From the NCBI GenBank assembly GCA_965247935.1, contig CBDFIA010000002.1, forward strand, positions 3,139,327-3,203,326: 64,000 nucleotides of DNA, in the 5' to 3' direction. Source of the stretch: Tepidiformaceae bacterium (lineage in GTDB: Bacteria > Chloroflexota > Dehalococcoidia > Tepidiformales > Tepidiformaceae). The position numbers were made by a program, and so were the translations under genes. Below the pieces are notes generated by a model. It was not told the DNA's origin, ran no database searches, and worked only from the letters and a program-made list of their open reading frames with translations. Shown piece after piece: positions 36,728-47,221 of the stretch (its first letter is position 1; the number at the start of each line of letters is the position of its first letter).

Positions 36728-36965
36728 GAGGCGCAGGCGCTCCTCGAACGCCTCGCACCTTGGATCGACCGCGCGAAACGCTTCAGCGGCTGGGAGCTCA
36801 CCGGGCTCGACCGCCAGAACGCGGAGCCCGGCCCACCCCAGGACTACAGCGCCCTGCCCGCGCGAAAGAGACTGCGGGACTCTTGCGGCCCAGAACCTGA
36901 TGGCCGATGGACTCGCCGTGACCGAGAACCACTTCCTGCTCGTTGCGGAGAAACGGCCTAGCTGA
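36728..36965 (+). pseudogene. probable remnant of a class I SAM-dependent methyltransferase (N- and C-terminal scraps only)
   Basis: One frame reads RAKRFSGWELTGLDRQNAEPGPPQDYSAL, resembling the N-terminal region of a common actinobacterial methyltransferase type. Another frame ends ENHFLLVAEKRPS, resembling its C-terminus. The Rossmann core is absent. Confidence 0.35.
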
Positions 36966-37668
36966 TGCGTGGGGGCGGCAGCTCGTGCCGCGCCCGCCAC
37001 GCGCCGACCTCACGCACGACCGCTTCGAGGTCGTCCGTGATCGTCAGGCCGGCGAGCGCCTCGCTGTCGAGGAGGCCGCGCTCCAGCGGTCCTGCCGCGA
37101 GCCAGTCGCAGAGCGGCCCCCAGTAGTCGCTGCCGTAGAGGATGACCGGGAAGCGTTGTACCTTCTCCGTCGCCATCAGGGTAAGGGTCTCGAAGAGCTC
37201 GTCGAGCGTCCCGAGCCCGCCTGGCATCAGCACGAAGGCGGTCGCCCGCCAGACGAGCATGACCTTTCGCACGAAGAAGTAGTGGAAGTCCACGGAGAGC
37301 GTTGTGTAGGGGTTGGGCCGCTCACCCTCGACATCGATGCTCAGCCCGATCGACTCGCCGCCCGCTTCGAGCGCACCCTTGTTCGCCGCCTCCATGACGC
37401 CGGGGCCGCCGCCCGTGACGACGGCGTAGCCGGCTTCGGCGAAGAGCGCGCCCAGCCTCTCGGTGTCCTCATAGAGCGCATCGCCGGGCTTCGTCCGCGA
37501 GGAGCCGTAGATGGTGACGGAGGGCTCGTAGCGGTGGAGGCGATCGAAGCCCTCGACGAACTCGCCCATGATGCGGAACATCCGCCAGGACTGGTCGCGC
37601 TCCATCTTGTCGATGATGAAGCGCTCACCGCCGCGGTCGGGGTCACGCTGCGCGGGTGCGGGGCTCAT
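36958..37668 (-). CDS. LOG-family (TIGR00730-type) nucleotide phosphoribohydrolase
   Basis: VVTGGGPGVMEAANKGA and PGGLGTLDELFE motifs. Confidence 0.88.
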   Translation of the reverse strand: MSPAPAQRDPDRGGERFIIDKMERDQSWRMFRIMGEFVEGFDRLHRYEPSVTIYGSSRTKPGDALYEDTERLGALFAEAGYAVVTGGGPGVMEAANKGALEAGGESIGLSIDVEGERPNPYTTLSVDFHYFFVRKVMLVWRATAFVLMPGGLGTLDELFETLTLMATEKVQRFPVILYGSDYWGPLCDWLAAGPLERGLLDSEALAGLTITDDLEAVVREVGAWRARHELPPPRIS

Positions 37669-37837
37669 GGCCTCATCGTAGCGAGGGGGCCGTCAAGGGA
37701 CGATGCGCGAGTGGCGGCTTGTCACGTGCTAACGGCAGCCTCCGCGGTCGCCCTCGCGTTCGCGTGTCCGCCCTGGCCCTGACATCGCCGACGTATAGTC
37801 GTGTGGCTGTGTACCCAACCGGGCCGCAGGAGGTCTG

Positions 37838-38689
37838 ATGGCGATCGGTCTGGAGGACGCCGAGTCGGTGGTGGCCAAGCTCTTTCATGCTGCCATGTTG
37901 GAGCGGCTCGCCGAGTGGTCTGATGGACTCGCCAAGCAGTACCAAGAGGCCCACCCGTTTCCGCACGTCGTAATTGACGACTTCCTACCTCCTGAGCTCC
38001 TCGGGCGCGCGCTCCAGGCGTACCCGAAACCTGGCGAACTCAACTGGATAACCGCGGAAACCCCGACCCAACAGAAGAAGCTCACGTTCCCCGAGGTCGA
38101 GTCGCTTCCGTCCGAGCTACGCGGTCTGCTGCACTTCTTGAACACAGCCCCGGTCCTCCAATTCCTGGAGAGGCTGTCCGGGATCGAGGGCGTTATTCCA
38201 GACCCGTACTACAAGGGTGGTGGGCTGCATCAGACGGGGCCGGGCGGGAAGCTCGGGATCCATACCGACTTCAGCACCCTGCTCAACTTGCGCATCGAGC
38301 GCCGGCTGAATCTGATTCTCTACATGAACAAGGACTGGAAGGAAGAGTACGGCGGCTACCTCGAGCTGTGGGAGGAAGACATGAGCAGCTGCGCCCACAG
38401 CATTGCACCGATCTTCAACCGCTGCTTGATTTTCACGATCTCGGATGATTCCTGGCACGGCCATCCGGACCCTCTCACCTGCCCTCAGGGCATGACACGG
38501 AAGTCCGTCACAACTTACTACTACACCAGCCCGCTCCCAGCTGAGGGTCTCACCCAGCAGCGTGCCACCACATTTCAGCCACGACCCGGAACGCGGGATG
38601 GTCAGGACGGGTATCTCAAAGCCGCGGCACGAGCGGTCCTGCCGCCGATTGCGGTGGACGGCCTGAAGCGCCTGCGCCGCAAGCGCTAG
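37838..38689 (+). CDS. 2OG-Fe(II) oxygenase-family protein
   Basis: GIHTDF...H facial-triad pattern and RRLNLILYMNKDW. GC is visibly lower than in the flanks. GGAGG RBS. Confidence 0.75.
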   Translation: MAIGLEDAESVVAKLFHAAMLERLAEWSDGLAKQYQEAHPFPHVVIDDFLPPELLGRALQAYPKPGELNWITAETPTQQKKLTFPEVESLPSELRGLLHFLNTAPVLQFLERLSGIEGVIPDPYYKGGGLHQTGPGGKLGIHTDFSTLLNLRIERRLNLILYMNKDWKEEYGGYLELWEEDMSSCAHSIAPIFNRCLIFTISDDSWHGHPDPLTCPQGMTRKSVTTYYYTSPLPAEGLTQQRATTFQPRPGTRDGQDGYLKAAARAVLPPIAVDGLKRLRRKR

Positions 38690-38700
38690 CGGTCGTCGAG

Positions 38701-38718
38701 GCCGGGTCGGTCCGGCCG
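38701..38718. terminator. GC hairpin between convergent genes (possible bidirectional terminator)
   Basis: GGCCGG-gtcggt-CCGGCC between the 2OG-oxygenase stop and the uvrB stop. No clear U-tract. Confidence 0.25.
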
Positions 38719-38750
38719 CTGTAGCGCGTCGTGCCTAGCGGCTACCAGCG

Positions 38751-40868
38751 CTAACGCCGCTTGAAGCGGCGGCGGCGGTCGCGGCCGCCGGCCTGGCTGC
38801 GGCCGTAGCGGAGAGGACCGCTGCGGCCCGCCACCGCCGCGAACGCGCCCAGCTCCTCCTCGTCGGAGCCGACGAGCTCGCGGCGAAGCTCGACGATGCG
38901 GTCGCGGAGAGCGGCCGCCTTCTCGAATTCGAGATTCTTGGCGGCCGCCTTCATCTGGCCTTCGAGCTCCTTGATCAGCCGCAGCAGCTCGTCGCGGGGC
39001 AGGGCGGCGGGCGCGGTGGCGTCGTACTCGGCGTCATCCTCGGCGACCTCGCGGATTTGGTCGGTGATATCGCGGATCGCCTTCGTGATGGTCGCGGCCT
39101 CGAGGCCGTGCTCCCGGTTGTAGGCGTCCTGGATGCCGCGCCGGCGCTCCGTCTCGTCGATGGCCGTGCGCATGCTCGCGGTGATCTTGTCGGCGTACAT
39201 GAGTACGCGACCTTCGACGTGCCGGGCCGCCCGCCCGATGGTCTGGATGAGGGAGCGATTCGAGCGGAGGTAGCCCTCCTTGTCGGCGTCGAGGATCGCG
39301 ACGAGCGAGACCTCCGGCAGGTCCAGGCCTTCGCGGAGAAGATTGATCCCGACGACCACGTCGTATACGCCGAGTCGCAGGTCCCGCAGGATCTCGACGC
39401 GGTCGAGCGTCTCCACCTCGGAGTGGAGGTAGTGCGTCTTGACGCCCATCTCGAGCAGGTAGTCGGCGAGGTCCTCGGCCATCTTCTTCGTCAGCGTCGT
39501 CACGAGGGTGCGATGACCCTTCGCCGTGGTGGCCTGGATCTCGCTCATCAGGTCGTCGATCTGGTGCTCGGTGGGGCGTACCTCGACCACCGGGTCGAGC
39601 ACGCCCGTGGGGCGAATCACCTGCTGGGCGACCTGCGTCGACTGGTCGAGTTCGTACTCTGCGGGGGTCGCGCTCAGGAAGAGGACCTGCTTGATGTGGC
39701 GATCGAACTCCTCGAAGGTCAGCGGCCGGTTGTCCAGCGCGCTGGGCAGCCGGAAGCCGAACTCGACGAGCGTCTCCTTGCGCGAGCGGTCGCCGAAGTA
39801 CTGGCCCTGCACCTGGGGCAGGGTGATGTGCGACTCGTCCACGACCAGGAGCCAGTCGTCGGGGAAGTAGTCGAGGAGGCACCAAGGTGTCGTGCCTGCC
39901 TCCCGCACCTGGAGATGGCGGGAGTAGTTCTCGATGCCGGCGCAGTAGCCGGTCTCGCGCATCGTCTCGAGGTCGTAGTGCGTGCGCTCCTCGAGCCTCG
40001 CCGCTTCGAGGATCTTGCCCTGCTCCTTGAGGAAGCCCAGCTGGTCTTCGAGCTCGGTCTCGATCGAGACGAGCGCGCTCTCCATGTTCTCCTTGCTCGT
40101 GACGAAGTGCTTCGCCGGGAAGACCTCGATCGATTCGCGCTCGGCCACGATCTCGCCCGTGAGCGGGTCCAGCTCGCTAATCCGCTCGACCTCGTCGTCC
40201 CAGAAGTCGATGCGTATCGCGAGCTCGTCGTAGCTGGGCAGGATCGTGAGCGAGTCGCCCCGCATGCGGAAACGGCCGCGGACGACGTTCTGGTCGTTGC
40301 GCTCGTACTGCATGTCGACCATGCGGTGGAGCACGTCGCGGCGGTCGAGCTTCTCGCCGACCTTGAAGCCGAGGACGAACTGCTGATAGTCGGAGGGCTC
40401 GCCCAAGCCGTAGATGCAGCTGACGCTTGCGACGATGATCACGTCCCGGCGGGTGAAGAGGGAGCGCGTCGTCGCGTGGCGGAGCTTGTCGATCTCCTCG
40501 TTGATGTCCGCGTCCTTGGCGATGTAGGTATCGCTGCGGGCGATATAGGCCTCGGGCTGGTAGTAGTCGTAGTAGCTGACGAAGTACTCGACGGCGTTCT
40601 CGGGGAAGAACTCCTTGAGCTCAGAGCAGATCTGGGCCGCCAGCGTTTTGTTGTGGACGAGCACGAGCGTAGGGCGCTGTACCCGCTGGATCACGTTCGC
40701 CACCGTGAACGTCTTGCCCGAGCCGGTGGCGCCGAGCAGTGTTTGGTAGCGGTCGCCGCGGATCAGGCCGTCGGTGAGCTCGTCGATGGCCTGCGGTTGG
40801 TCGCCCGTCGGCTCGAAGTCGGCGACGAGCTTGAACTCGGTCTGGGAGGGCGGTGCGAGGGAGACCAC
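38751..40868 (-). CDS. uvrB: excinuclease ABC subunit B
   Basis: 705 aa. GATGSGKT Walker A, helicase motifs and a C-terminal UVR domain. Confidence 0.97.
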   Translation of the reverse strand: MVSLAPPSQTEFKLVADFEPTGDQPQAIDELTDGLIRGDRYQTLLGATGSGKTFTVANVIQRVQRPTLVLVHNKTLAAQICSELKEFFPENAVEYFVSYYDYYQPEAYIARSDTYIAKDADINEEIDKLRHATTRSLFTRRDVIIVASVSCIYGLGEPSDYQQFVLGFKVGEKLDRRDVLHRMVDMQYERNDQNVVRGRFRMRGDSLTILPSYDELAIRIDFWDDEVERISELDPLTGEIVAERESIEVFPAKHFVTSKENMESALVSIETELEDQLGFLKEQGKILEAARLEERTHYDLETMRETGYCAGIENYSRHLQVREAGTTPWCLLDYFPDDWLLVVDESHITLPQVQGQYFGDRSRKETLVEFGFRLPSALDNRPLTFEEFDRHIKQVLFLSATPAEYELDQSTQVAQQVIRPTGVLDPVVEVRPTEHQIDDLMSEIQATTAKGHRTLVTTLTKKMAEDLADYLLEMGVKTHYLHSEVETLDRVEILRDLRLGVYDVVVGINLLREGLDLPEVSLVAILDADKEGYLRSNRSLIQTIGRAARHVEGRVLMYADKITASMRTAIDETERRRGIQDAYNREHGLEAATITKAIRDITDQIREVAEDDAEYDATAPAALPRDELLRLIKELEGQMKAAAKNLEFEKAAALRDRIVELRRELVGSDEEELGAFAAVAGRSGPLRYGRSQAGGRDRRRRFKRR

Positions 40869-40949
40869 GGACTCAGTGTAGCAGCGGCTTCACGCCGGTC
40901 CTGATCGCTCCTGCAGCGCGGTGGCAGGAGCATTCCTCACCCAGGCGCG

Positions 40950-41264
40950 CTAGCGGGTCGCAGCTCTCACCGCGGTCTGAATCCATGGGCGCTCCGGGAC
41001 CCCACGGAGGCCGTCCACCGTCGAGTAGAGGCGGCATCGGGGCGAGCAGTCCGCGCAGGGTTCCCAGCCAGGCTCGATGTCAACACCGTCGATCCTGATC
41101 GTGGGCGAGCCAGGAAAGCAGACCGCGTTCCCCGTTTCGAGGTCCGGGACTTCGATCCTGATGATGGAGTCCTCAAGGCCCGCTTCCCGCAGGACTTCGA
41201 CGAGCACTTCCTCCGCAACCTGGTGGTTTGGGCAATCCTCGAACCAGAGCAGCTCGATTCTCAT
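40950..41264 (-). CDS. small thioredoxin-fold-like protein with a CPNH motif
   Basis: 104 aa from MRIELLWFEDCPNH. The start is an internal Met of the longer ORF. The family assignment is tentative. Confidence 0.55.
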   Translation of the reverse strand: MRIELLWFEDCPNHQVAEEVLVEVLREAGLEDSIIRIEVPDLETGNAVCFPGSPTIRIDGVDIEPGWEPCADCSPRCRLYSTVDGLRGVPERPWIQTAVRAATR

Positions 41265-41501
41265 CGCGACGAACCCCCTCTTCTTTGCTCGCTCACTAGC
41301 GAGAGTAGTGGGGCATGCCCGCGCGTTCTGTGTCGCCAAGCACAGGTCTACGCCGGCTGCCTCACGTTTAGTGCGATCGCCGAATCGTCTCGCCTTCCCT
41401 TCTTCGAACGGCCCCGCCATCTTGCACGGGGGGCGGAGCCGCATCCCAGCCGATACCGGCGTCGCGCCCTAATCAGCCAAAGAGCGGTCGTGGTCGGGCC
41501 A

Positions 41502-42338
41502 TCAGCCCAGCTCGATGTTGTCGATGAGGCGCACGCCACCGAAGCGAACCGCCACCGAGAGCAGCGTGAGGCGCTCGATGTCGTTAGTGAGCTCCTCCAG
41601 CGTCTCTGAGTCCGTGAGCGAGACATAATCGAGCGCGGCCAGTCGCTCCCCCGCGATCGCGTCGCGGACGATGCTGCGGAGGGCCTCGGCCGATCTGGTG
41701 CCGTCCTCGAAGCGGCGCCGCGCCAGATCGAGGGCGCGGTGGATGACCGCCGCGGCCGCCCGCTGCTCCGGAGAGAGATTCAAGTTGCGGCTGCTCATCG
41801 CCAGACCGTCGGCTTCTCGTACGGTCTCGCAGGCGACGATCGCGACCGGCAGGTCGAGGTCGCGTACGAGCCGCTGGATGACGCGGAGCTGCTGCGCATC
41901 CTTCCGTCCGAAGTAGGCGCGGTCGGGCCGAACCGTGATCAGGAGCTTCGTCACCACCGTCGCAACGCCGCGGAAGTGGGTAGGGCGGGACGCGCCCTCG
42001 AGCGGTTGCGCCAGGCGCTCGACGTTGACGTAGGTCTGGTAGCCCTCCGGGTACACCGCCGCTAGACCCGGCTTGTAGACCGCATCGACGCCCAGCTCGC
42101 GGAAGAGTCGCAGATCGCGCTCCTCATCGCGGGGATAGCGTTCGAGGTCCTCGTCCGGCCCGAATTGGGCCGGGTTGACGAAGAGGCTTGCGACGGTCAC
42201 AGCGTTCTCGGCCAGCGAGCGCCGCGCGAGCGAGAGATGGCCTTCGTGGAGGTACCCCATGGTGGGGACCAGACCGAGACGCCCCGAGTGCGCTTCACGC
42301 CAGGCGCGCATCTCCGCGGGCGTTGCCAGGATGTCCAC
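41502..42338 (-). CDS. panC: pantoate--beta-alanine ligase
   Basis: PTMGYLHEGHLSL motif. 278 aa. Confidence 0.93.
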   Translation of the reverse strand: MDILATPAEMRAWREAHSGRLGLVPTMGYLHEGHLSLARRSLAENAVTVASLFVNPAQFGPDEDLERYPRDEERDLRLFRELGVDAVYKPGLAAVYPEGYQTYVNVERLAQPLEGASRPTHFRGVATVVTKLLITVRPDRAYFGRKDAQQLRVIQRLVRDLDLPVAIVACETVREADGLAMSSRNLNLSPEQRAAAAVIHRALDLARRRFEDGTRSAEALRSIVRDAIAGERLAALDYVSLTDSETLEELTNDIERLTLLSVAVRFGGVRLIDNIELG

Positions 42339-42357
42339 GAAGCCTGCTCCTGGCGGG

Positions 42358-43203
42358 CTAGACGCTCGCGCCCTGATTCAGCTCGGTCAGCGTTTCCTCG
42401 TCCATGGCGAAGCTTTGCGCCGCCGTGGGGAACGCTTCGTCCTCGACCTCGGCGACGTAGCTGCGGACGGCTTCGCGGATGGTTTCGCCGAGGACGGCAT
42501 AGCGCTTCGCGTGGCGGAATTGGCGTTGGTCGTCGTAGATGCCGAGCAGGTCGTGCAGCACCTGCACCTGGCCGTCGCAGTCCGGCCCGGCGCCGATCCC
42601 GATCGTGGGGATCGTGATGCGCTCGGTCACCATCTTGGCGAGAGGCGCGGGCACGGTTTCGAGAACCAGCGCGAAGGCGCCGGCGCCTTCGAGCGCCCGC
42701 GCGTCGCTGATGATGCGGGCGGCCGCCGCCGGGGTCTTGCCCTGCAGCTTATGCCCCCCGAACTGGTTCACCGACTGGGGGGTCAGACCGAGGTGGCCCA
42801 TGACGGGGATGCCCGCCGCGACCATGCGCCGCACGAGCGGGGCCATTTCCGTGCCCCCTTCGAGTTTCACGGCGTTGGCGCCGGCCTGGAGGAAGCGTCC
42901 GGCGTTGGCCATCGCTTCGTCGTCGTTCGCCTGGTAGCTCATGAAGGGCATGTCCGCGACCACGGCGCAGCGCTCGGTCGCGCGTACCACCGCGCGCGTG
43001 TGGTGGAGCATGTCCGCCATCGTTACGGGGATCGTCGAGTCGTAGCCGAGGACGACGGTTCCGAGCGAATCGCCGACGAGGATGACGGGCACCCCCGCCT
43101 GCTCGACGAGACGCGCCAGCGGGTAGTCGTAGGCGGTGAGCATGGCGAAGCGCCGCCCCTCGCCCTTCCACTCCTTGAGCTTGTGGATCGAAAGCCGTCC
43201 CAT
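42358..43203 (-). CDS. panB: 3-methyl-2-oxobutanoate hydroxymethyltransferase
   Basis: MLTAYDY, VGDSLG and KLEGG motifs. Confidence 0.93.
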   Translation of the reverse strand: MGRLSIHKLKEWKGEGRRFAMLTAYDYPLARLVEQAGVPVILVGDSLGTVVLGYDSTIPVTMADMLHHTRAVVRATERCAVVADMPFMSYQANDDEAMANAGRFLQAGANAVKLEGGTEMAPLVRRMVAAGIPVMGHLGLTPQSVNQFGGHKLQGKTPAAAARIISDARALEGAGAFALVLETVPAPLAKMVTERITIPTIGIGAGPDCDGQVQVLHDLLGIYDDQRQFRHAKRYAVLGETIREAVRSYVAEVEDEAFPTAAQSFAMDEETLTELNQGASV

Positions 43204-43216
43204 GCCAGCCTCCCGC

Positions 43217-43618
43217 CTAGCCTGTGCTCACCGGCTCGCCCGGGCGCTGACGAGCACCCTCGCCCCGGGCGCGGCGAACGATGGCGTTGGTTTCGTCGAG
43301 ATAGAGGATGCGGGGCGCGAGGTCGCGCGCGTCGGCGTCATCGAGCTGGTGGTAGCTGAGGATGATCAAGCGATCGCCCTCGTCCACGAGGTGGGCGGCG
43401 GCGCCGTTGATGCAGACTTCATGGCTGCCTTCACGGCCGCGAATTGCGTACGTCTCGAGCCGCGCGCCGTTCGTGATATCGAGGATGTGGACCTGCTCGT
43501 ACGGCATCAGCCCGACGGCCTCCATCAGCTCGGGATCGAGTGTGATCGAGCCCTCGTACTCGAGGTTCGCCTCGGTCACGACGGCCCCGTGGATCTTCGC
43601 GACAAGCATCGTGCGCAC
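43217..43618 (-). CDS. panD: aspartate 1-decarboxylase
   Basis: MLVAKIHGAVVTEANLEYEGSITLD, including the GS self-processing site. GTG start with a GGGGAG RBS. Confidence 0.92.
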   Translation of the reverse strand: MRTMLVAKIHGAVVTEANLEYEGSITLDPELMEAVGLMPYEQVHILDITNGARLETYAIRGREGSHEVCINGAAAHLVDEGDRLIILSYHQLDDADARDLAPRILYLDETNAIVRRARGEGARQRPGEPVSTG

Positions 43619-43956
43619 GGCGGCTCCCCCAATAGCAAAACGCGCCCCGCCGGATGCCAGCAGCGCGCGGAACGGTGGGAACCGGAGCCAAGGTCTAGTG
43701 CTGGCCGCGGCTCGTCATCCGTACCGGCCCTGCGGGTCCAGGCGGACTGGAGCGTGCGATGGTCCGTTTCTTCGAGCTCGCCGTCCGCGGACGGATCGGC
43801 GGCACCGCGATCGTCGGCAGGTCGCGATCGCTTGTCAAGACCTAACGGCGACCGTAGCGGTTCAGGTTCGCCCTCCCCTACCCCGCGGCCATCGATCCCC
43901 GCCCGGGCCGCGCGACCGCGCCACGGATCATATCCGTCGAGGTTGCGAAGCCCGTG

Positions 43957-44967
43957 CTAAGTCCGACGACCCCTGCGCCAGTCGCGCGCGGAGGGCACTC
44001 CGCCGAGGCCTGTCGCCTCTTCGACGCTGCGGACGAGCGCACGGCTCACGCTGAGCACCGTCATCAGTCCCAGGAGGCCGAGGTCCTGGGGCTCGACCTC
44101 CTGCACGCCCGTCGTCAGCGCGAAGACGATGTCGCCGTCGCCCATCGTGTGGGCCGGGACGATCGCGCGCGCGAGCCCGTCGTGCCCCTGAACCGCGAGG
44201 CGTTGGACGCCCTGGTGATCGATCGCGGCATTGGTTGCGACACAGACGAGCGTGGTGTTGGCGCGCAGCTCGTCCGACTCCTCCGTACGTTCGACGGCGG
44301 CCTCCTCGGGGGTCTTCATCTGGCCCCGCCCCCGGCCTCGCGGCCCCGCGACGAGCGCTCCCGTCTCCGGCTCCACCACCGCCCCGATGGCATTGCTCAC
44401 GGCCAGCGCTCCAACGAGCAGGCCGCGTGGCCCCGCCAGACTCGCCGTGCCCAGGCCGCCCTTGAGCGCGTGCTCGCGGCCGAGCAGTTTCGCCACCGTC
44501 GCGCCCGTCCCCGCGCCGACGCTGCCCTGGGCGACGGCGCCGCCGCTCGCGCGGGCTGCCGCGCGCTCGCCTTCCGCGGCGCCGGGAAAGGCGTGGGTGC
44601 GAATGCCTAGGTCCATGATGCTGGCGCCGGCGACGATGGGGACGGGGGTTGCCTTGGTCTCCACGCCCACGCCGCGTGCAGCCAGCCAGCGCATCACCCC
44701 AGCGGTGCTCGCGAGCCCGAACGCGGACCCGCCGGAGAGCACGACGGCATGGCACTTTCGGACGAGGTTCCCGGGCGCGAGGACATCGGTCTCATGCGTG
44801 GCCGGGGCCGCGCCGCGCACATCGGCGGCGGCGGCAGTACAGCCCTCGGAGAGGATCACGGTGCAGCCGGTCGCGTTGCGCCTGCTCGTCCAGTGGCCGA
44901 CGCGGATGCCGCGCACGTCGGTGATCGCGTCCCGGGGCCCGGGCACGAGGGGTTCGGGGTCGCTCAC
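43957..44967 (-). CDS. DmpA/P1-family (S58) aminopeptidase
   Basis: ITDVRGIRVGHWT, TGCTVIL and a GGSAFGL-type pattern. Confidence 0.8.
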   Translation of the reverse strand: MSDPEPLVPGPRDAITDVRGIRVGHWTSRRNATGCTVILSEGCTAAAADVRGAAPATHETDVLAPGNLVRKCHAVVLSGGSAFGLASTAGVMRWLAARGVGVETKATPVPIVAGASIMDLGIRTHAFPGAAEGERAAARASGGAVAQGSVGAGTGATVAKLLGREHALKGGLGTASLAGPRGLLVGALAVSNAIGAVVEPETGALVAGPRGRGRGQMKTPEEAAVERTEESDELRANTTLVCVATNAAIDHQGVQRLAVQGHDGLARAIVPAHTMGDGDIVFALTTGVQEVEPQDLGLLGLMTVLSVSRALVRSVEEATGLGGVPSARDWRRGRRT

Positions 44968-45602
44968 GGCACCCGTCCCGCCGTGCGCCTCGTGGCGAGA
45001 TAGGCCGAGAGAAAGCCGCGGGCGACGGAGCAGAGGTCGGCGATGAGATCCGTCATCGCCACGGTCGCGTTCTCACCGGCGGCGAGCGTGGTCGTTCGGA
45101 GCTCGCCGGAGGCGCTAGTGCCGCTCACCACGATCACATCGCCGGGCCCAGGCACGACGAGTGTGTCGTCCGCGGAGAACGCGTCGATCAGCTCGCCCAG
45201 CCAGACGGGGACGGGGAGGCTGCGTAGCAGTTCGGCGCTCTCGAGAGCCGCTTCGTCCAGCGCGAGGCGGCGCAGCATGCCTACTGGCTCAGCCGTTCCC
45301 GCCACCTGGGCGAAATCGGCCCAGGCGGCGGCGCCGGGCAGTGGCCGGCAGAGGCTATCGGCGACGGCGAGCCGGCGGTCGTCGAGTGCGTCGAAAACGG
45401 AAGTCAGGCGGCGGCTGGCTTCGGCCAGCTGCGCCGCCAACAGACCAACCAGCGCGGGCCGGTCGCTGGGCGGTGCGAAGGCAAGCGCGCGCAGCACGGT
45501 GTCTGCGACCACCTGGGGCGTGCGCAGAACGCTCCCCTCATACGCGTCCAGGAACGCGAATTCGCTCAGGTTTGCTGAGGGCTGCTCGGGCACGGCCCGC
45601 AT
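44964..45602 (-). CDS. hypothetical protein
   Basis: ORF is coupled to neighbours on both sides. Start set at MRAVPEQ (45602) so it does not overlap mutM. No family recognised. Confidence 0.5.
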   Translation of the reverse strand: MRAVPEQPSANLSEFAFLDAYEGSVLRTPQVVADTVLRALAFAPPSDRPALVGLLAAQLAEASRRLTSVFDALDDRRLAVADSLCRPLPGAAAWADFAQVAGTAEPVGMLRRLALDEAALESAELLRSLPVPVWLGELIDAFSADDTLVVPGPGDVIVVSGTSASGELRTTTLAAGENATVAMTDLIADLCSVARGFLSAYLATRRTAGRVP

Positions 45603-45603
45603 T

Positions 45604-46452
45604 CTACGTCGGGGTAGTTCGTCGCTTCCGTGGTCTGCGCTGACAGCGGGGGCAGAAGTGGGTGCCCCGCCCGCCAACGATCGTGCGCGCGATCATGGTC
45701 CCGCAGGCGTAGCAGGGCTGGCCGTCACGGCGGAAGACCTGGACGTACATGTGCTGGCTGCCGGGGTTGCCCTGCGCGTCGACGTAATCGCTGAAGCTGG
45801 CGCCGCGGTTCTCGATGCCGCGTTCGAGCACCTCGCGGCAGGCCAGGTGGAGGCGTCCCACCGCGAGTCGCGAGACCTCGCCCGCCGGCGTGTCGGGCCG
45901 GACGTGCGCCTGAAACAGCGCCTCGTCCACGTAGATGTTCCCGAGTCCCGCCACCCGCCGTTGATCCAGCAGCACGGCCTTCACCGGGGCGCTGCGGCCG
46001 GCCAGGAGCTTTCGGAGGAAAGCCGCGGTGAACGTCTCGTCGAGCGGCTCAGGCCCCAACTTCCCCACCACCTCCGCCGCGTCGTCCACGATCGTCCAGG
46101 TGCCGAACTTGCGCAGGTCGCTCCAGCGCAGCTCGTGGCCGTCGTCGAACGCGATCCGGGCGCGCTGATAGTCCAGCTCGGGATCGCCCTGTTCCCGCCA
46201 GACGAGGCGGCCGGTCATGCGCAGGTGGGGGATGAAGGTGCGTCCGTCGTCCAGGCCGAAGAGCAGGTACTTCCCGCGCCGTCCCAGCGTCTCGACGCGG
46301 CGCCCGACGAGGGCCGCTCGCAGCCCGTCGATCGGGAGATCCGTGAGCAGATCGATGGTGCCGGGATCGACGTGCACCATGGTGATCGTCAGACCAACGA
46401 CGAGCCGTTCGAGATCGCGCCGGATCGTCTCGACCTCGGGGAGTTCGGGCAT
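45604..46452 (-). CDS. mutM: formamidopyrimidine-DNA glycosylase
   Basis: MPELPEVE N-terminus and a C-terminal zinc finger (CYACGTMI...CPRCQ). Confidence 0.95.
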   Translation of the reverse strand: MPELPEVETIRRDLERLVVGLTITMVHVDPGTIDLLTDLPIDGLRAALVGRRVETLGRRGKYLLFGLDDGRTFIPHLRMTGRLVWREQGDPELDYQRARIAFDDGHELRWSDLRKFGTWTIVDDAAEVVGKLGPEPLDETFTAAFLRKLLAGRSAPVKAVLLDQRRVAGLGNIYVDEALFQAHVRPDTPAGEVSRLAVGRLHLACREVLERGIENRGASFSDYVDAQGNPGSQHMYVQVFRRDGQPCYACGTMIARTIVGGRGTHFCPRCQRRPRKRRTTPT

Positions 46453-46507
46453 CGCCCCAGCCTACTCGCGAGCCCGCCGAGCTGCCCCGGCGTCGTAAGA
46501 TCCGCTG

Positions 46508-47167
46508 GTGATCACCCATCTCGCGGGACGTCTCGCCCACAGCGATGTCGGCGAGCTGAGCGTCGAAATCGATGTCGCTGGGGTTCGCTACGAGGTCCTG
46601 GTGCCCGCCTTCCTCTGGCCCGAGATCCAGGCGCTCCTCGACGCGGCGCCGAACGACGATGGTCTCGGGCCCGAAATCGGCGTGCACGTGCTCTACCACG
46701 CCACCGCGAACGTGCCGGTGCCGCTGCTGGTCGGATTCCTGCGCCGGCCAGAGCGCGACTTCTTCCGCAAGTTCACGAGCGTGGAGGGCATCGGGCCGAC
46801 GCGCGCCGTGAAAGCGCTCAACCTTTCCGTGAGCACGATTGCCCGCGCGATCGAGCAGGAAGACCGCGCCACCCTCACCCGTCTTCCCGGCATCGGACCC
46901 CGCGCCGCGGACAAGATGATCGCATCGTTGCGCGGCAAGGTCGTGGCGGAGGCGGCCCTGCAGGACGGCGCCTTCGAGAGTCCCGTCGACCTTGCCGACC
47001 TCGAACGTGGCCGCATCTCAGTGGACGCGGCCGAGGCGATCGCGGCCCTCGGCTACCCCAGCGGCGATGCGCGCCGCTGGGTCGACGAGGCGCTCGCTGA
47101 CGCCCCGGATCTCGAAACCGTCGAGGAGTTGACCCTGGCCGTGCTGCGCGCGCGCGGCTCTCGGTAA
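46508..47167 (+). CDS. ruvA: Holliday junction branch migration protein RuvA
   Basis: 219 aa. HhH region LTRLPGIGPRAADKMI and a domain III tail. Confidence 0.88.
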   Translation: MITHLAGRLAHSDVGELSVEIDVAGVRYEVLVPAFLWPEIQALLDAAPNDDGLGPEIGVHVLYHATANVPVPLLVGFLRRPERDFFRKFTSVEGIGPTRAVKALNLSVSTIARAIEQEDRATLTRLPGIGPRAADKMIASLRGKVVAEAALQDGAFESPVDLADLERGRISVDAAEAIAALGYPSGDARRWVDEALADAPDLETVEELTLAVLRARGSR

Positions 47168-47221
47168 AGCCGGCAACCTGTCCGTTCGCGCACGGGAACG
47201 CCCCACCGCTAGGATTGGCGC

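Noticed and set aside
41290-41312. Short hairpin CTCGCT-cact-AGCGAG upstream of the CPNH thioredoxin-like gene as an operator.
   Set aside because: A 6-bp palindrome occurring once is too weak to call. No associated regulator gene is nearby.
43619-43956. Riboswitch, small RNA or gene relic in the 340-nt spacer upstream of panD.
   Set aside because: I translated several frames and looked for known leader motifs. Nothing recognisable was found, and I cannot support any call from sequence alone.
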